A stretch of DNA of 64,000 nucleotides from Leucoraja erinacea (taxonomy: Eukaryota), in assembly GCF_028641065.1 (NCBI RefSeq), contig NC_073392.1, positions 23,684,001-23,748,000 of the forward strand, given 5' to 3'. Numbering within the stretch: the stretch's first letter is position 1; each line of letters opens with the position of its first letter. The notes under the pieces are model-generated. The model was not told where the DNA came from. It made no database searches and saw only the letters and a program-made list of their open reading frames with translations. Both the position numbers and the translations under genes were made by a program. This document shows positions 62,181-64,000 of this stretch, one piece after another.

Positions 62181-62799
62181 AGAGGTGGATGAGAGTCTCG
62201 TTTTTTTTTTTTTCTCTCTGTCTTGGTACAGTTGCATTGGTGATGGCAGGTAAGTTGGTACAATGTCCCTCCTCCAGGATGTGGGAAGTCAGGGAAACTG
62301 CTGGTGTCCCTGAAGACTACACCTGTGGGAACTGAATCCAGGTGGAGGCTCCTTAAAGACCGTGTTAGTGAACTGCTTCTACAGCTGGATGAGCTCAGGA
62401 TACGGCCCACGTATAGTGAGGTTGTCATGCCCAAGGACCAGGAAGAGAGAGTGTGGGTGACAATGTGGAAGGGAAATAGACATGGAGTGCAGATTACCCC
62501 AATGGCTATACCTCTTCATAAACATCATTTTGGGTGCTATCAGGGGGAAGACATATCAAGGTTGAGCAGCAGTACCACATAGGGCTATGGCACTGAGCCT
62601 GGCATGGAGGCTCAGCAGGGAAATGCGACAGGCAGTCATAGTGGAATCCAATCAATTCAGATAATAATATGTATAAATGCCATCAAGCCAAAATAAAGTA
62701 CAATAAGTAAAATGAAGATAAAGATACCAGAGTGGAGATTGTAGATCTCATTATAGCATAATCATCCCAGAGAAAATGTTCAATGTCCATAATGATCTC

Positions 62800-63930
62800 A
62801 TTCCTAAACGACGATCATCCAGTGGCCTTGACACCCACCATCATGAAATGTTTTGACAGGCTAGTTATGGAACGCATTAAATCTAGTAGTCTACCATGCG
62901 GCCTTGACCCACAGCAGTTCACCTTCCGCCACAATCGGTCCACAGACTATGCCATCACCCTAGTCCTACACTTATTCAAGGATAAGAGAGTCGCTCACAT
63001 CAGACTCCTATTCATAAACTACAGCTCTGCCTTTAACACCATTATACCATCCAAGCTTATCACCAAACTCACGGTGCTTGGAGTCAGCACTCATCGCTGC
63101 AACTGGATCCTCGACTTCCTGGCCAACAGACCCCAATCAGTGAGGATAGGGGACAAATCATCCTCTATGATGATTCTCAACACTGGTGCTCCTCGAGGAT
63201 GCGTTCTCAGCCCCTTTCTTTACTCCTTGTTCACCCACGAATGTACAGCCATGTACAAATCTAATTCAATTTTTAAATATGCAGACGACACCACCATTTT
63301 GGGGCCAGATATCAAATAATGATGAGACGGAGTACAGGAAGGAGATTGAGAACCTCATGTCCTGGTGTCGAGACAACAACCTTTCTCTCAATGTCAGCAA
63401 CACAAAGGAGATAGGGTTGGACTTCAGGAAGTGAAGTTTGCATTGACAGTGCCGTAGTGGAGATGGTTGAAAACTTCAAATTATTAGGAGTCACTATCAC
63501 CAACAACTTCTCTTGGACCACCCATATTGAAGCAATGACCAAGAAAGCACACCCTTAGAAGGCTTAGGAAGTTCGGCATGTCCCCAACAACTCTCACCAA
63601 CTTCTACAGATGCACCATAGAACGCATTTTATCAGGATGCATCACAGCTTGGTTTTGGAACAGCTCCATCCAAGACCGCAAGAAATTGCAGCGAATTGTG
63701 GACGCAGGCCAGCCCATCACACAAACTAACCCCCCTTCCATTGACTCCATTGATGCCTCACGCAGCCTCGGTAAGGCCAGCAGCATAATCGACTAATCAC
63801 ACCCTGGCTACTCCTCTTCGCCCCTCTCCCATCGGGCAAAAGGTATAGAAGTGTGAAAACACACACCTCTAGATTCAGGAACAGTTTCTTCCCAGCTGTT
63901 ATCGGGCAACCAAATCATCCTACCACAACT
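62800..63930 (+). mobile_element. Rex1/Babar-like LINE RT region, frameshifted
   Basis: [62 protein letters not shown]. Confidence 0.9.
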
Positions 63931-64000
63931 AGAGAACAGTCCTGAATTACTATCTACCTCATTGGTGATGCTCGGACTATCTTTGATCGGACATTACTGG

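Overview
Eukaryotic genomic DNA, most likely from an elasmobranch (skate/ray/shark). That call is inferred from HE1/V-SINE-like SINEs and dense CR1, Penelope, Rex1, L2, Tx1 and L1 remnants. The window holds the 5' part of a plexin D1 gene (plxnd1) on the minus strand. I reconstructed 27 coding exons by hand from the ATG at 49723 down to 649: about 4.7 kb of CDS, about 1567 codons, all GT-AG with consistent phases. They encode the signal peptide, Sema, PSI, IPT, transmembrane, first GAP segment and start of the RBD. The gene continues past the left edge. A CpG island covers exon 1 and the promoter, and the ~14 kb upstream is mostly transposon debris. I see no CRISPR, operon or other prokaryote-type system, and most short ORFs in the track are exon overhangs, TE fragments or noise. 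The best leads are three. First, a dispersed Penelope-derived short element carrying a minimal hammerhead-ribozyme-like motif, often as inverted pairs. Second, a candidate endothelial FOX:ETS/GATA/SOX enhancer about 10 kb upstream. Third, a sense-oriented L1 poly(A) signal just before the transmembrane exon. Protein family calls come from recognition, not database searches, and TE boundaries are approximate.
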